Source of the DNA: Felis catus
Lineage: Eukaryota
Reading direction: 5' to 3'
Assembly: GCF_018350175.1 (NCBI RefSeq)
Contig: NC_058368.1
Location: 84,942,001 to 85,006,000, forward strand
Length of the DNA: 64,000 nucleotides
Shown here: piece by piece, positions 50,056 to 63,911 of the stretch
Layout of the letters: each line of letters opens with the position of its first letter
Numbering within the stretch: position 1 is the stretch's first letter
Made by a program: the position numbers and the translations under genes
The notes under the pieces: generated by a model
Told to the model about the DNA's origin: nothing
The model's database searches: none
The model's input: only the letters and a program-made list of their open reading frames with translations

Positions 50056-52808
50056 GAGGAAACTAAGTAGTGTAGCAGGAAGACCCTAGACTTGTCTTCT
50101 CCCTTGAACACAACTAGATAATTATCAAATCATTCTGAATATCCAAGAAATAAACCTTCGGACTGACAGAACAAACCCCACAGCTAGGGGGAGAGAAGAG
50201 GCCACATTGATGAAGGTAGGAAGTGCAAAGTTTGGGGGAGATATGAATCATAGTGCTACAGAAGGGGGGGGGCTTGATCTAAAGAAAGATGAGAGAGACA
50301 TGATCATACAGGGGAACACATAATGAGAACACTTCCCAGTCATTGGCTGAAAAAATTAGAGAAGTTAACTTTTGCAAGTTTTTGCAACCAATGGGGCTTA
50401 ATGACTGGAGTTTTAAGGTTAAGCAGTCTTGACTGAGATAAAGCCATGGGGGTATGGCCCTGCTTCTGGAGAGAAGGCAGACAAACAATCTGGAAGCAGA
50501 TGTTGTGATCTGAAGAAAGCCTGAGGCACACATGTGGAGATTATTGGATCTTCTTGGAACACAACTGTGAAAGGTAACATTCACAGAGCCTCCTCTCAAG
50601 GGACAACAAAGCTTTCCAGTGCCATTTTTCTCCCCCATCCCTCAGCATAAATGTAAAACCACCTTATAGGGGCAGTGAAACTCCCACTCTGGCTGCCTAG
50701 ACTGCTTAGTCCGAGTCCCATGTCCCTGAATTCTGGTGAGACTTACCTTCTTGGTCAAGGTTCAGTGCAGTCTCAGGTCAGTGAGAGCCTCCCCAGGAGG
50801 TCTGCACAGGCCCCTCCACACACCAAATCCCTAGATCCTGGAGTTTTGAAGTCAGTTGGCTTTGCTGGGATAAAGCATGGGGAGTGTTGCAGTACTCCTG
50901 GATAAAAGGCAGGGCAACAGCCTGGAGGAAGACAGCATGAAGGGAGTTATTTGGGGGTGCCTTGGACACACAGGATGTTTGCTTTCCATAGGGTGCTTTC
51001 CTGAGAGTGATAAGCATGAAGAACCCACTCTGGGAACGAAGCAGATGACTGGAAATATTTCTCTCACCCACATCTCAGGATAAACACAAAATAACCTTGG
51101 TACCACAACTCTGACACAAATCAGCTTACACCAGATCCCATACATCTGTACTCTGCCAATAGTGCCTTTCATGTTCAAATTTCCTCAGAAGGACAGGTGG
51201 GCCACTTCTGCAGAAGACCAGTAGAAACCACACCCACACCAAGTCTCCCAACCAGAGAATTCTGCAAGGCTTCAATTTTATTGGAAGTAACATTATATCT
51301 CATTTAACAAGCAGACCAGAGAACACCTAGTTAAAACTCAATACACTCTAGCCAAAGAGAAAACACTGTGCACGGTAGGCAAGGAGGGCCTCTGTAGATT
51401 GCTGGACTGAAAGACAAAACAGCCAAAACACACCAGCATAGTACACACACATCAGAGTACACACACCAGCACACATCAGAGACACTCCCTGAAGTGCCAA
51501 GCCTGGGACACTATATGACCTCTTCTTCATAAACCCTTTATTTTCATGAGAACAAAATATAACAGGCTTTCCTAACACACATAAGAACATAAAGACCTAG
51601 ACAAAATGCCAAGACAGTGAAATTTATCTCATAAGAAAGAACAAAAACATTTCACGTCCATGGATATAATAGAAAGAAATATAAGTAATGTGCCTAATGG
51701 AAAATTTAAAGCAACAATACTAAGGATGCTAGCTGGGCTTGAGAAAAGAATGGAAGATTTCAAGGAGGCCCTTACTGCAGAGTTAAAAAAAATTTAAAAA
51801 ATCAGTGAGAAACAAACACTGCAATAAATGAGATTCAAACCTGACTGGATTCAATGAACACAGATGGGAAAAGCAGACGAAAAAATAAAGGATATAGAAT
51901 ATAAAATAATGGAAAATAATGAAGCTGAACAAAAGAGAGAAAGAAGAAGAATGGAACAAAAGAACAGACTTAGTGAACTGAGTGACTACATCAAATGTTG
52001 TAACATTTGTATTTTAAGAGACATAGAAGAAAAAGAGAAAGAAAAGGGGGCAAAAAAAGTTATTTGAGGAAGTCATAAGTAAAAACTTCCCTAATCCAAG
52101 GAAGGAAACAAACATCCAAATCCAGGAGGCACAGAGACTCCCATCAAAATCAACAAAAGAAACAAAACACCAAGCCATATTGTAATCACGTTTGCAAAAT
52201 ATACTGATAAAGAAGAATTCTTAAAAGTACCAAGAGAAAATAAGCCATTAATTTACAAGTGAAGACCAAAAAGGCTAACTGGAGATTTCTAAACAGAAAC
52301 TTGGCAAGCTAGAAGGGAGTGGCATGATATATCAATGGGCAAATGAGAAAAAATCTGTAACCAACAATACTCTGTCAAGAAAGGCTATTATACAGAATAG
52401 AAAGAAAAAGAGTTTCCCAGTCAAAAACAAAACAAAACAACCAACAAAGAAACAAAAATTAAAAGAGTTTGTGACCTTTAAACCAGACATACATGAAATA
52501 TTAAAGGGATGCTTTGAGTGGAAAGGAAAGACAAAAAAAAAAAAAAAAAAGACAAAAACAAGACAGGAGCATAGAAAATCTCCAAGACAATAACAAATTA
52601 AATAATGAGATAATAAATACATATCTATGAAAATTGTCCTGAATGTATATAAACTAAATGCTCCAATCCAAAGACATAAGATGTCAGAATGGAGAGAGTG
52701 TGTGTGTGACAGAGAGAAAGAGAGAGAGAGAGAGAGAGATCTATAAGCTTCCTATAAGAAACTCATTTTAGACCAAAAGATACCTGAGGATTGAAAGTGA
52801 GAGGATGG

Positions 52809-55800
52809 GAAGATGGTGGCCTAGAAGGATGCTGAGCTCACCTCGTCCTGCTGATTGCTTAGATTCCACCCACATCTGCCTAAATAACCCAGAAAACTGC
52901 CAGAAGACTAGCAGAATGGACTCTCGCAGGCAAGCATAGAAAAGAGGCCCATGGAAGAGGGTAGGAAGGGCGGAGAGGCAGTGTGTGCTACACGGACTGG
53001 CGGGAGGGAGCCAGGGAGGTGCAGGGGCAGCCGAATGGGCAAGGCAGAGCCCCTGAACTCTGGCTTGCAAAAGCAGAGGGGTCAAACTCTGAGTTCTGAC
53101 AGCTAGTGGGACTTAACATCTGGAATGTTAAAAGTCAACAGCTCTGCTCTCGAGAGTGGGAAGGGTGAAAGGATGCTGAGAGGGAGACGGGTTGAGTCCC
53201 TGAAGGACAGAGCTCAGCAGGGGAACAAAGGCACTGGCAAACACCATTACTCTCTCCCATTCCCCAGAATTGCCAAAGGGAACCAGTTCCCATCACAAAA
53301 CTTGCTTGCACCACACAAAGGTCCAACACTGTGCTTCTGTGGATCCATCTCACCAATGGGTCTGCTTCCCTCCCAGTGCTACAGGGCCCCTCCCTCAGGA
53401 GACCACACATGGCAAAGCTAGTTAAGTCTGCCCCTCCCACCCCTGTGCACCTTGTGGATACACCCTGGCAAATATGCCTTTGGCAGATCCCATAGAAGCA
53501 GCATCACAAGCCTGGTAGTGTTCAAGCAGCCCAGATAGGGGCCACACCACTCCACAGTGAGTCCTGCCCATAGGAGAGAAGAAGATAAGGTACAAACTAG
53601 TCTGACTGTGGCCCCAGCTGTGGGCTGGGGGCAGACATCGGGTCTCACTGTGGCCCTGCCCACCAACACAAGTTTCTCCAGACAGCACAGGGGAAGTGCC
53701 CTGCAATTTGGAAATACCACAGGGATTACCCAAAATGACAAAACGGAAGAATTCTCCTCAAAAGAAACTCCAAGAAGTAGTGACAGCTAACGAATTGATC
53801 AAAACCAATTTAAGCAATATAACAGAATAAGAATTTAGAATAATAGTCATAAAATTAATCACTGGGCTTCAAAAAAGCATAGAGGACAACAGAGAATCTA
53901 TTGCTACAGAAATCAAGGGACTAAGAAATAGTCATGAGGAACTTAAAAAATGCTATAAATGAGGTGCAAAATAAAATGGAGGTGCCCATAGCACAGATTT
54001 AAGAGGCAGAGTTGATGATAGATGAATTAGAAGATAAAATTATAGAAAAAGAGGAAGCTGAGAAAAAGAGAGATAAAAAAATCCAGGAGTATGAGGGGAG
54101 AATTAGAGAACTAAGTGATATACTCAAACAGAACAATATCCCTATCATAGGAATTCCAGACAAAAAAGAGAGAGAGAAAGGGGCTGAAGGTATACTTGAA
54201 CAAAACATAGCTGAGAACTTCCCTGATTTGGGGAAGAAAACAGGCATTGGAATCCAAAAGGCAGAAAGAACTCCCTTCAGACATGAATTGATCTTCTGCA
54301 CAAGATAACATAGTGAAACTGGCAAAATACAAGGATAAATAGAGAATTCTGAAAACAGCTAGGGATAAACGGGCCCTAACTTACAAAGGTAGCACATAAG
54401 GGTGGTAGCTGCCATATGTACTGAAACTTGGCAGGCCAGAAAGGAATTGCAGGAAATCTTCAATATGATGAACAGAAAAAATATGCAGATAAGAACCCTT
54501 TATCCAGCAAGTTTGTCATTCATAATAGAAGGGAAGATAAAGGTTTTCCCAAACAAAGACTGAAGGAATTCATAACCAATAACCAGCCCTACAAGAGATC
54601 CTAAGGGTACTTTGTGAGTGAAATGTGGCAAGGACCACAAAATACCAGAGACATCACTACAAGTATGAAACCTACAGATATCACAATGACTCTAAACCCA
54701 TATCTTTCTATAATAACACTGAATGTAAATGGACTAAATGCTCCAACCAAAGATATAGGGTATCAGAATGGATTTTAAAAAAAGACCAATATAGTTGTTG
54801 ACTACAAGAGACTCATTTTAGACCTGAAGACACCTTCAGATTGAAAGTGACGGGATGGAGAACCATCTATCATGCTACTGGAAGTCAAAAGAAAGATGGA
54901 GTAGCCACACATATATCAGACAAACTAGACTTTACATTAAAGGCTATAACAAGAGATGAAGAAGGGCATTATATAATAATTACAGGTCTATCCATGAGGA
55001 AGAGCTAACAGTTATAAATGTCTATGTGCCGAATATGGGAGCCACCAAATATACAAAACATTTAATCACAAACATAAGCAATCTTATTGATAAGAATGTG
55101 TTACTTGCAGGGGCATTTAATACCCCACTTACATCAATGGATAGGCCATCTATACACAGGATCAATAAAGAAACAAGGGCCCTGAATGATACATTGGATC
55201 AGATGGACTTGACAGATATATTTAGAACTCTGCATCCTAAATCAACAGAAGATACTTTCCTCTTGAATGCACATGGAATATTCTCCAAAACAGATCACAT
55301 ACTGGGTCACAAAATAACCCTTAATAAGTATAAAATAATTGAGATCATACCTTGCACACTTTCAGACCACAATGAAACTTGAAATCAACCAAAGGAAAAA
55401 GTCAGGAAAAACTCCAAAGCATGGTTGTTAAAGACCATCCTACTAAAAAATGAAGTGGTCAACCAGGAAATTAGAGAAGAAATTTAAAATATATAGATAT
55501 ATATATGTAAACAAATGAAAATGGAAATACAACAATACAAATGCTTTGGGATGCAGCGAAGGCAGTCTTGAGAGGAAAATACATTGCAATCCAGGCCTAT
55601 CTTAAGAAACAGGAAAAATCCCAAATATAAAATTTAACAGCACACATAAAGGAAAGAGATGAAGGACAGCAAAGACACTGCAAACCCAGCAGAAGAAGAG
55701 AAATAATAAAGATCGGACCAGAAATAAACAATATAGAATCTAAAAAAAAAAACTGTAGAGCATATCAATGAAAGTAAGAACTGTGTTTTTTTTAAATAAA

Positions 55801-58800
55801 GGAAATTGATAAACCTCTAGCCAGGCTTCTCAAAAAGAAAAGGGAGAGGACCGAAATAGATAAAATCATGAATGAAATAGAATTATCACAACCAATCCCT
55901 CAGAAATACAAGCAATTATCAGGGAATACTATGAAAATCTATATGCCAACAAACTGGACAACCTGGAAGAAATGGACAAATTCCTAAGCACCACACACTA
56001 TCAAAACTCAAACAGGAAGAAACAGAAAACTTGAACAAACCCATAACCAGTGAATTAATTGAATAAGTTATCAAAAATGTCCCAACAAATAAGAGTCTAG
56101 GACCACTTGGCTTCCCTGGGGAATTCTACCAGACATTTAAAGCAGAGATAATACCTATCCTTCTCAAGCTGTTCCAAAACATAGAAAGGGAAGGAAAACT
56201 GCCAGACTCATTACATGAAGCCAGCATTACTTTGATTCCCAAACCAGGCAGAGGCCCAGCAAAAAAGAGAACTACAGGCCAATATCCCTGATGAATATGG
56301 ATGCAAAAATTCTCAACAATATACAAGCAAATCGAATTCAACAGCATATAAAAAGAATTATTCACCATGATCAAGTGGGATTTATTCCTTGGCTTCAGGG
56401 CTGATTCAACGTTCACAAATCAATCAATGTGATACATCACATTAATAAAAGAAAAGATAAGAACCATATGATCCTGTCTATCAATGCAGAAAAAAAAATT
56501 GAGAAAATTCAGCATCCTTTCTCAATAAAAAATCCGCGAGAAAGTCGGGATAGAAGGAACATACTTAAACATTATAAAAGCAATTTAGAAAAGCCCACAG
56601 CTAATATCATCTTAATGGGGAAAAAACAGAGCTTTCCCCCTGAGATCAGGAACACGACAGCCATGTCCACTCTCACCGCTCTTGTTTAACATAATTTGGA
56701 AGTTCTAGCATCAGCAGACAACAAAAGGAAATCAAAAGTATCAAAATTGGCAAAGATGAAGTCTAGCTTTCACTTTTTTCAGATGACATATTATACACAG
56801 ACAACGCGATAGACTCCACTAAAATTCAGCTAGAACAGAAACATGAATTAAGCAAAGTTGCAGGGTACAAAACTAATGTACAGTAATCCTTTGCATTTCC
56901 AGACACCAATAAAGAAGCAACAGAAATGCAAATAAAGAAACTGATCCCATTCACAATGGCATCAAGAATCATAAAATACCTAGGAATAAACTGAATCAAA
57001 GATTTTAATTATCTGTATGCTAAAAACTATAGAAAGCTTATGAAGGAAATTGAAGAAGATACAAAGAAATGGAAAAACATCCCATGCTTATGGATTGGAA
57101 AAATAAATATTGTTAAAAAGTCAATACTACCCAAAGCTATCTACACATTCAATGCAATCCCAATCAACCTTGAACCAGCATTCTTCTCAAAGTAGAACAA
57201 GCAAGCCTAAAATTTATATGAAACCACAAAAGACCCTGAAGAGCCAAAGTAATATTGAAGAAGAAGACCAAAGCAGGAGGCATCACAATCCCAGACTTTA
57301 GCCTCTATTACAAAGCTGTAATCATCAAGACAGCATGGTATTGACACAAAAAACAGACACATAGACCAATGGAATAGAATAGAGACTCCAAAATTGGACC
57401 CACAAAGGTATGACCAACTAATCTTTGACAAAGCAGCAAAGAATATCCAATGGAGAAAAAACAGTCTCTGTAAGAAATGGTGCTGGGAGGGGTACGTGGG
57501 TGGCTTAATTGGTTAGGCGTCCAACTTTGGCTCAGGTCATGATCTCATGGTCCATGAGTTCAAGCTCCGTGTCGGGCTCTGTGCTGTCAGTTCTCAGCCT
57601 GAAGCCTGCTTCGGATTCTGTGTCTCCCTCTCTCCCTTCCCCTCTGCCACTCACACTCTGCCTCTCTCCATTAAAAAAATGAACAAATGTTAAAAAAAAA
57701 TAAAAAAATAAAAAAAATAAATGGTGCTGGGAGAACTGGACAGCAACAGAAGTAAACTGGACCAATTCTTACACCATTCACAAAAATAAACTCACAATGG
57801 ATGAAGGACCTGAATGTGACACAGGAAACCATCAAAACACTAGAGCAGAAAGTAGGAAAAACTGATTTCAGCCACAGCAATTTCTTACTTGACACATCCC
57901 CAAATGCAAGGGACTTAAAAGCAAAAATGAAGTATTGGGACCTCATCAAGATAAAATGCTTCTGCACTGCAAAGGAAACAATCAACAAAACTAAAGGGCA
58001 ATCGATGGAATGGGAAAAGATATTTGCAAATGACATATTAGACAAAGGGCTAGTGTCCAAAATGTATAAAGAACTCACCAAACTCCACACCCAAGCAACA
58101 AATAATCCAATGAATAAATGGGCAGAAAACATGAATAGACACTTCTCTAAAGAAGACATCCAGATGGCCGACAGGAACATGAAAAGATACTCAACGTCGC
58201 TCCTCATCAGGGAAATACAAATCAAAAACACCCTCAGATACCACCTCATGCCAGTCAGAGTGGCTAAAATGAACAAATCAAAAGACTACAGATGTTGGCG
58301 AGGATGTAGAGAAATGGGAACCCTCTTACACTGTTGGTGGGAATGCAAACTGGTGCAGCTGCTCTGGAAAACAGTGTGGATGTTCCTCAAAACATTAAAA
58401 ATAGATCTACCCTATGACCCAGAGATAGCACTGCTAGGAATTTACCCAGGGGATACAGGAGTGCTGATGTATAGGGACACTTGTACTCCAATGTTTATAG
58501 CAGCACTTTCAACAATAGCCAAATTATGGAAAGAGCCTAAATGTCCATCAACTGATGAATGGATAAAGAAGTTGTGGTTTATATATACAATGGAATACTA
58601 CTTGGCAATGAGAAAGAATGAAATATGGCCCTTTGTAGCAACGTGGATGGAACTGGAGAGTGTTATGCTATGTAATAAGTCATACTGAGAAAAACAGATA
58701 CCATATGTTTTTACTCTTATGTGTATCCTGAGAAAGTTAACAGAAGGCCATGGATGAGGGGAAGGGGGAAAAAAGTTACAGAGAGGTAAGGAAGCAAACC

Positions 58801-58955
58801 ATAAGAGACTCTTAAAAACTGAGAATTAACTGAGGTTTGATGGAGGTTGGGAAGGAGGGGAAAGTGGCTGATGGGCATTAAGGAGGGCACCTGTTTGGAT
58901 GACCACTGGGTGTTTTATTGACACAGATTTGAGAATAAATTTCATTAAAAAAAAT
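52809..58955 (+). mobile_element. Full-length felid LINE-1 (ORF1 ATG 53735, ORF2 ATG 54686; disrupted)
   Basis: gaagatggtggc start; perfect 15-bp TSD aaagtgagaggatgg at 52794-52808 and 58956-58970; 295-aa ORF2 C-terminal ORF 57801-58688. Confidence 0.96.
57490..57718 (+). mobile_element. Carnivore SINE nested in L1 ORF2
   Basis: TSD aaatggtgctgggag at 57475-57489 and 57719-57733. Confidence 0.95.
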
Positions 58956-60438
58956 AAAGTGAGAGGATGGAGAAACATGTATCTTGCAAATGACCACCAA
59001 AAGAACTCCAGAGTAGCAATAATTATAGCAGAGAAATTAGATTTTAAACCAAATCTGTAACAAGAGGTGATGAAGGGCACTATGGCATAATAAAGGGGAT
59101 ATCTAAAAAGATGTAAAAATTGTAGATGTTTATGCACCCAACATAGAGCACCCAAATATGTAAAACAATTCAAAATGAACATAAATAAACTAGCTGATAA
59201 TAATACAATAATAAGGACATTTACTCCCCAAAAACGTCAATGGGGAGATCATCTATACAAAATATCAACAACAAAATATTGATTTCAAAAGCACATTGGA
59301 CTAGATGGACTTAACAAACATTTTCAGAAATAAAAAGAAACATCCGTTTCAAGTATACATTGGGCGTTCTCCAGAATAGATCACATGTTAAGTCAGCAAT
59401 CAGGCCTCAGCATGTACAAAAACATTGAGGTCAAAACATGAGTTTTTTCTCAACACAAGGCTATGGAACTTGAAATCAACCACAAGAAAAAAAAAATAGA
59501 AAGACCAAAAATACATGAAGATTAAACAACATGCTAATAAACAATTAATTATTCAACCAGGAAATCAAAGTTGAAGTGAAAAAAATACATGGGAACAAAT
59601 TAAAATGGAAATACTGTGGTCCAATACCTACCTGTGAGATGCAGCAAAAGCAGGCAAAAGAAGGAAGTAAATAGCAATACAGTCCAAAGTCAAGAAGCAA
59701 GAAAAATCTCAAATATAACATTACACCTATTGGAGCAAGTAAAAGAACAAACAAAGCTTAAAGCCAGTAGAAGGGAAATAATAAATATTAGAACAGAAAT
59801 AAATGATATAAAAACTAAAGCAAAAATATAAAGAAAAGCAAAAAACAAAAACAAAAGAAAAGAAAAAACAAAAAGAAATAATAGGAGACATCAATGAAAC
59901 CAGGAGTTGTTTATTTTGAAAATGTTAATAAAATTGATAAATACCTATCCAAACTTATAGAAAAAGAAAAAAAAGATGCAAGTGAATAATATTTCTAACA
60001 AGATAGTATAAATAACAAATGCCACAGAAATGCAAACAATTATAAGAGAATATTATGAACAACTATATGCCAAAAAATGGACCACATCCACAAAATGGAT
60101 AAATTCCTAGAAAAAAAAAATAAACGACCAAAACAGGAATAAATAGGAAACTTGAACAGGCTGACAACCAAAGAAATTGAATCAGTAATCAAAAAAGGCA
60201 AACAAAAGGCCAGGACCAGATGGCTTTACATGAGAACTGTACCAAACAAAGAATTCATACTGTTATTCTCAATCTACTCCAAAAAATACAAAAGGAAGGA
60301 AATTTTCCAAATTCATTCTATGAGGCTATCTTGACTCTGATACCACAACCAGTAAGGACTTCCCAAAAAAGGGAACTACAGGTCAATATCCCTGATGAAC
60401 ATAGATGCAAAATTTTTCACTAAAATGCTAGAAAGTCA

Positions 60439-60575
60439 AGGGGTACATGAGATGTTCAATAAATTAAGCATCCAACTCTCGATTTTGGCTCTGGTTATGA
60501 TCTCATGATTTGTGAGTTTAATCAGGCTCTGTGCTAAGAGTGAAGAGCTTGCTTGGGATTCTTTCTCCTTCTCTA

Positions 60576-60616
<41 letters not shown>

Positions 60617-60658
60617 ATAAATAAATAAATAAATACATAAATAAATAACTTAAAAAAA
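60439..60658 (+). mobile_element. Diverged carnivore SINE
   Basis: gattttggctctggttatgatctcatg...(CT)n, (AAAT)n tail. Confidence 0.85.
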
Positions 60659-61833
60659 TCTACTAACAAATTGAAGCCAACAGCATATTAAAGGAATCAT
60701 TCATAAGTATCAAGTGGGATTTATTCCTGAATTGCAAAGGTGGTTTATTTTTTCAAATCTATCAATGTGATACATGAAATTAATTAAAAAAGGAATAAGG
60801 GTCATATGATCCTTTCAATGGATGCAGAAAAGCATTTTATAAAGTACAACATCCCTTCATGTAAAATCCTTTAACAAAGTAAGTTTACAGGAGACATACT
60901 TCAACATAATAAAGTCTATATTTAAAAAAAAAAAAACTTATAGTAAATGGGGGAAAACTGAGAGCTTTTCCACTAGGGTTAGGAACACGACAGGGTTTCC
61001 ACTCTCAACACTGTTATTTATCATAATAGGGGAGTCTGAGTCTCAACAAGGAAAAAATCCAAATAAATAAAAGGCATCCAAATCAGCAAGGAAAAAGTCA
61101 AACTTTCACTATTTGCAGATGACATGATTCTCTATATAATGAATCCAAAAGACTCCATCAAAAAATTGCTACAACTAATACATAGATTCAGTAAAGTTTC
61201 AGGATACAAAATCAGTGTTCAGAAATTTATTGCATTTCTATATTCTAATAATGAAGTACCAGAAAGAGAAATCAATCAATCTAATTTACAGTTGCATCAA
61301 AACTCAATAGATACCCAGGAAAAAACCTAACTAAAGAAGTAAAAGATCTGTACCCTGACTGCTATAAAATGCTGATGAAAGAAATTGAAGAGCACACAAA
61401 TAACTGGAGAAACATTCCATGGTTTTGGATTGGAAGAACAAACACTGCTAAAATATCTATAATACCAAAAGCAATCTACATATTTAATGCAATCCATATA
61501 AAAAATGCCACCAGAATTTTACACAGAGCTAGAAAAAACAACCCTAAATTTGTTTGGAATCACAAAAGACCCCAAATACCCAAAGCAATCTTGAAAAGAA
61601 AAGCAAAGAAGGAAGCATCATGATTCTGGACTTAAAATTATATTACAAAGCTGTAGCAATTAAAACAGTATGGAACTAGCTATTTTGGGGTCTTTTGTGG
61701 TTCTGTAAAAATTTTAGTATTATTTGTTGTATTTCTGTAAGTATATATATACATATATATATATACCAACAATGTATAAATATATGTATTTATATAAATA
61801 TTATATGAATTTATATATATATTAGATACAATA

Positions 61834-61878
<45 letters not shown>

Positions 61879-62138
61879 TTGTTGTTATTTCTGTGTATTT
61901 TTTCATATCTATTACAGGCTTTTGATTTGAAGTTACCTTACATTCATACACAACATATTATGCATATAACAGTCTATATTAAGTTGATGGTTCCCTAATG
62001 CAAAGGGGTTGCATTAAATATGTAGAATGATTTGAATAGTATAGGCATTCTAACAACACTGATTCTTCCGATATATGAGCATGAAATTTATTTTATTTGT
62101 GTCATCTTCAATTTCTTTCACCACTATTTTAGTTTTAT

Positions 62139-63482
62139 TATTTATTTACTTATGTTTTACTTTGAATTTTATTTTTTTAATACAATTTACTGTCAGATTG
62201 GTTTCCATACAACACCCAGTGTTCATCCCAACAAGTGCCCTCCTCCATGCCCATTACCCACTTTCCCCTCTCCCTCACCTCCCATCTACCTATAGTTTGT
62301 TCTCAGTCCTTATGTGTCTCTTATGGATTGCTTCCCTCCCTCTCTGTAACTTTATTTTCCCTTCCCCTCCCTCATTGTCTTCTGTTAAGTTTCTCAAGAT
62401 CCATATATGAGTGAAAACATATGGTATCTGTCTTTATCTGCCTGGCTTATTTCACTTAGCATAATACCCTCCAGTTCCAACCACGTTGCTGCAAAAGGCC
62501 AGATTTCATTCTTATTGTCAAGTAGTATTTAATTGTATATATAAACTGCATCTTCTTTATCCATCTGTCAGTTGATGGACATTTAGGCTGTTTCCATGAT
62601 TTGGCTATTGTTGAAAGTGCTGCTATAAACATTCTGGTACATGTGCCCCTATGCATCAGCACTCCTGTATGCTTTGGGTAGATTCCTAGCAGTGCTGTTG
62701 CTGGGTCATAGGGTAGTTCTATTTTTAATTTTTTGAGGAACCTCCACATTGTTTTTCAGAGTGGCTGCACCAGTTTGCATTCCCACCAGCAGTGCAAGAG
62801 GCTTCCCCCTTCCCCACATCCTCTCCAGCATCTATGGTCTCCTGATTTGTTCATTTTAGCCACTCTGACTGGCATGAGGTGATATCTCATTGTAGTTTTG
62901 ATTTGTATGGCCAACTAATCTTTGACAAAGCAGGAAAGAGTATCCAGTGGAAAAAAGTCTCTTTAACAAATGGTGCTGGGGAACTGGACAGCAACATGCA
63001 GAAGAATGAAACTAGACCACTTTCTTACACTATTCACAAAAAATAAACTCAAGATGGATGAAGGACCTGAATATGAAACAGGAAACCATCAAAACCCTGG
63101 AGGAAAAAAGCAGGAAATACCCTCTTTGACCTCAGCCACAGCAATTTCTTACTTGACACTTCTCCAAAGACAAGGGAATTAAATGCAAAAATGAACTATT
63201 GGGACCTCATGAAGATAAAAAGCTTCTGCACTGCAAAGGAATCAACCAACAAAACTAAAGGCAACAGACAGAAAGGGAAAAGATATTTGCAAATGACATA
63301 GCGGAAAAAGTGCTAGTGTCTAAAATCTATAAAGAACTCACCAAACTCCACACCTGAAAAATAAAGTCATCCAGTGAATAAATGGGCAGAAGACATGAAT
63401 AGACACTTTTCCAAAGAAGATATCCAGATGACCAACAGACACATAAAAAGACGCACAATGTCACTCTTCACTAGGGAAATAC
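62139..63482 (-). mobile_element. 5'-inverted (twin-primed) felid LINE-1
   Basis: 3' end on minus strand 62139-62906, inverted segment on plus strand ~62905-63483; candidate TSD agttttat at 62131-62138 and 63483-63490. Confidence 0.88.
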
Positions 63483-63702
63483 AGTTTTATAGTACAGGTC
63501 TTTCACCTGCTTTGTTAAGTTTATTCCCAGGTATTCTATTATTTTTGGTGCAAATGTAAATGGGAGTATTTTCTCATTTCTGTTTCTGCTACTTTATTAT
63601 TAATGAATAATAAGGCAATCATTTTTGTATATTGACTTTTATCCTGAAAATTTACTAAATCTGTTCTTGTACAGATTTTTGCTGGAGACTTTAGGGATTT
63701 TT

Positions 63703-63911
63703 TTTTCAACTTTTATTTATTTTTGGGACAGAGAGAGAGAGAGAGCATGAACGGGGGAGGGGCAGAGAGAGAGGGAGACACAGAATCGGAAGCAGGCTCC
63801 AGGCTCTGAGCCATCAGCCCAGAGCCTGACGCGGGGCTCGAACTCACAGACCGCGAGATCGTGACCTGGCTGAAGTCGGACGCTTAACCGACTGCGCCAC
63901 CCAGGCGCCCC
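63703..63911 (-). mobile_element. Young felid SINE (SINEC_Fc type)
   Basis: Near-consensus CpG-rich body; TSD actttagggattttt at 63688-63702 and 63913-63927. Confidence 0.96.

Larger units (their letters stand above)
50060..61678 (+). mobile_element. Older carnivore LINE-1 (5'UTR, ORF1 ~51606-52520, ORF2) split by a younger L1 at 52809-58955; 3' end missing
   Basis: 5' motif gaagaccctagacttg...aacacaactagataattatcaaatca; ORF2 reads across the insertion (..LKVRGW | RNMYLAN..); SINE at 60439-60658. Confidence 0.82.
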
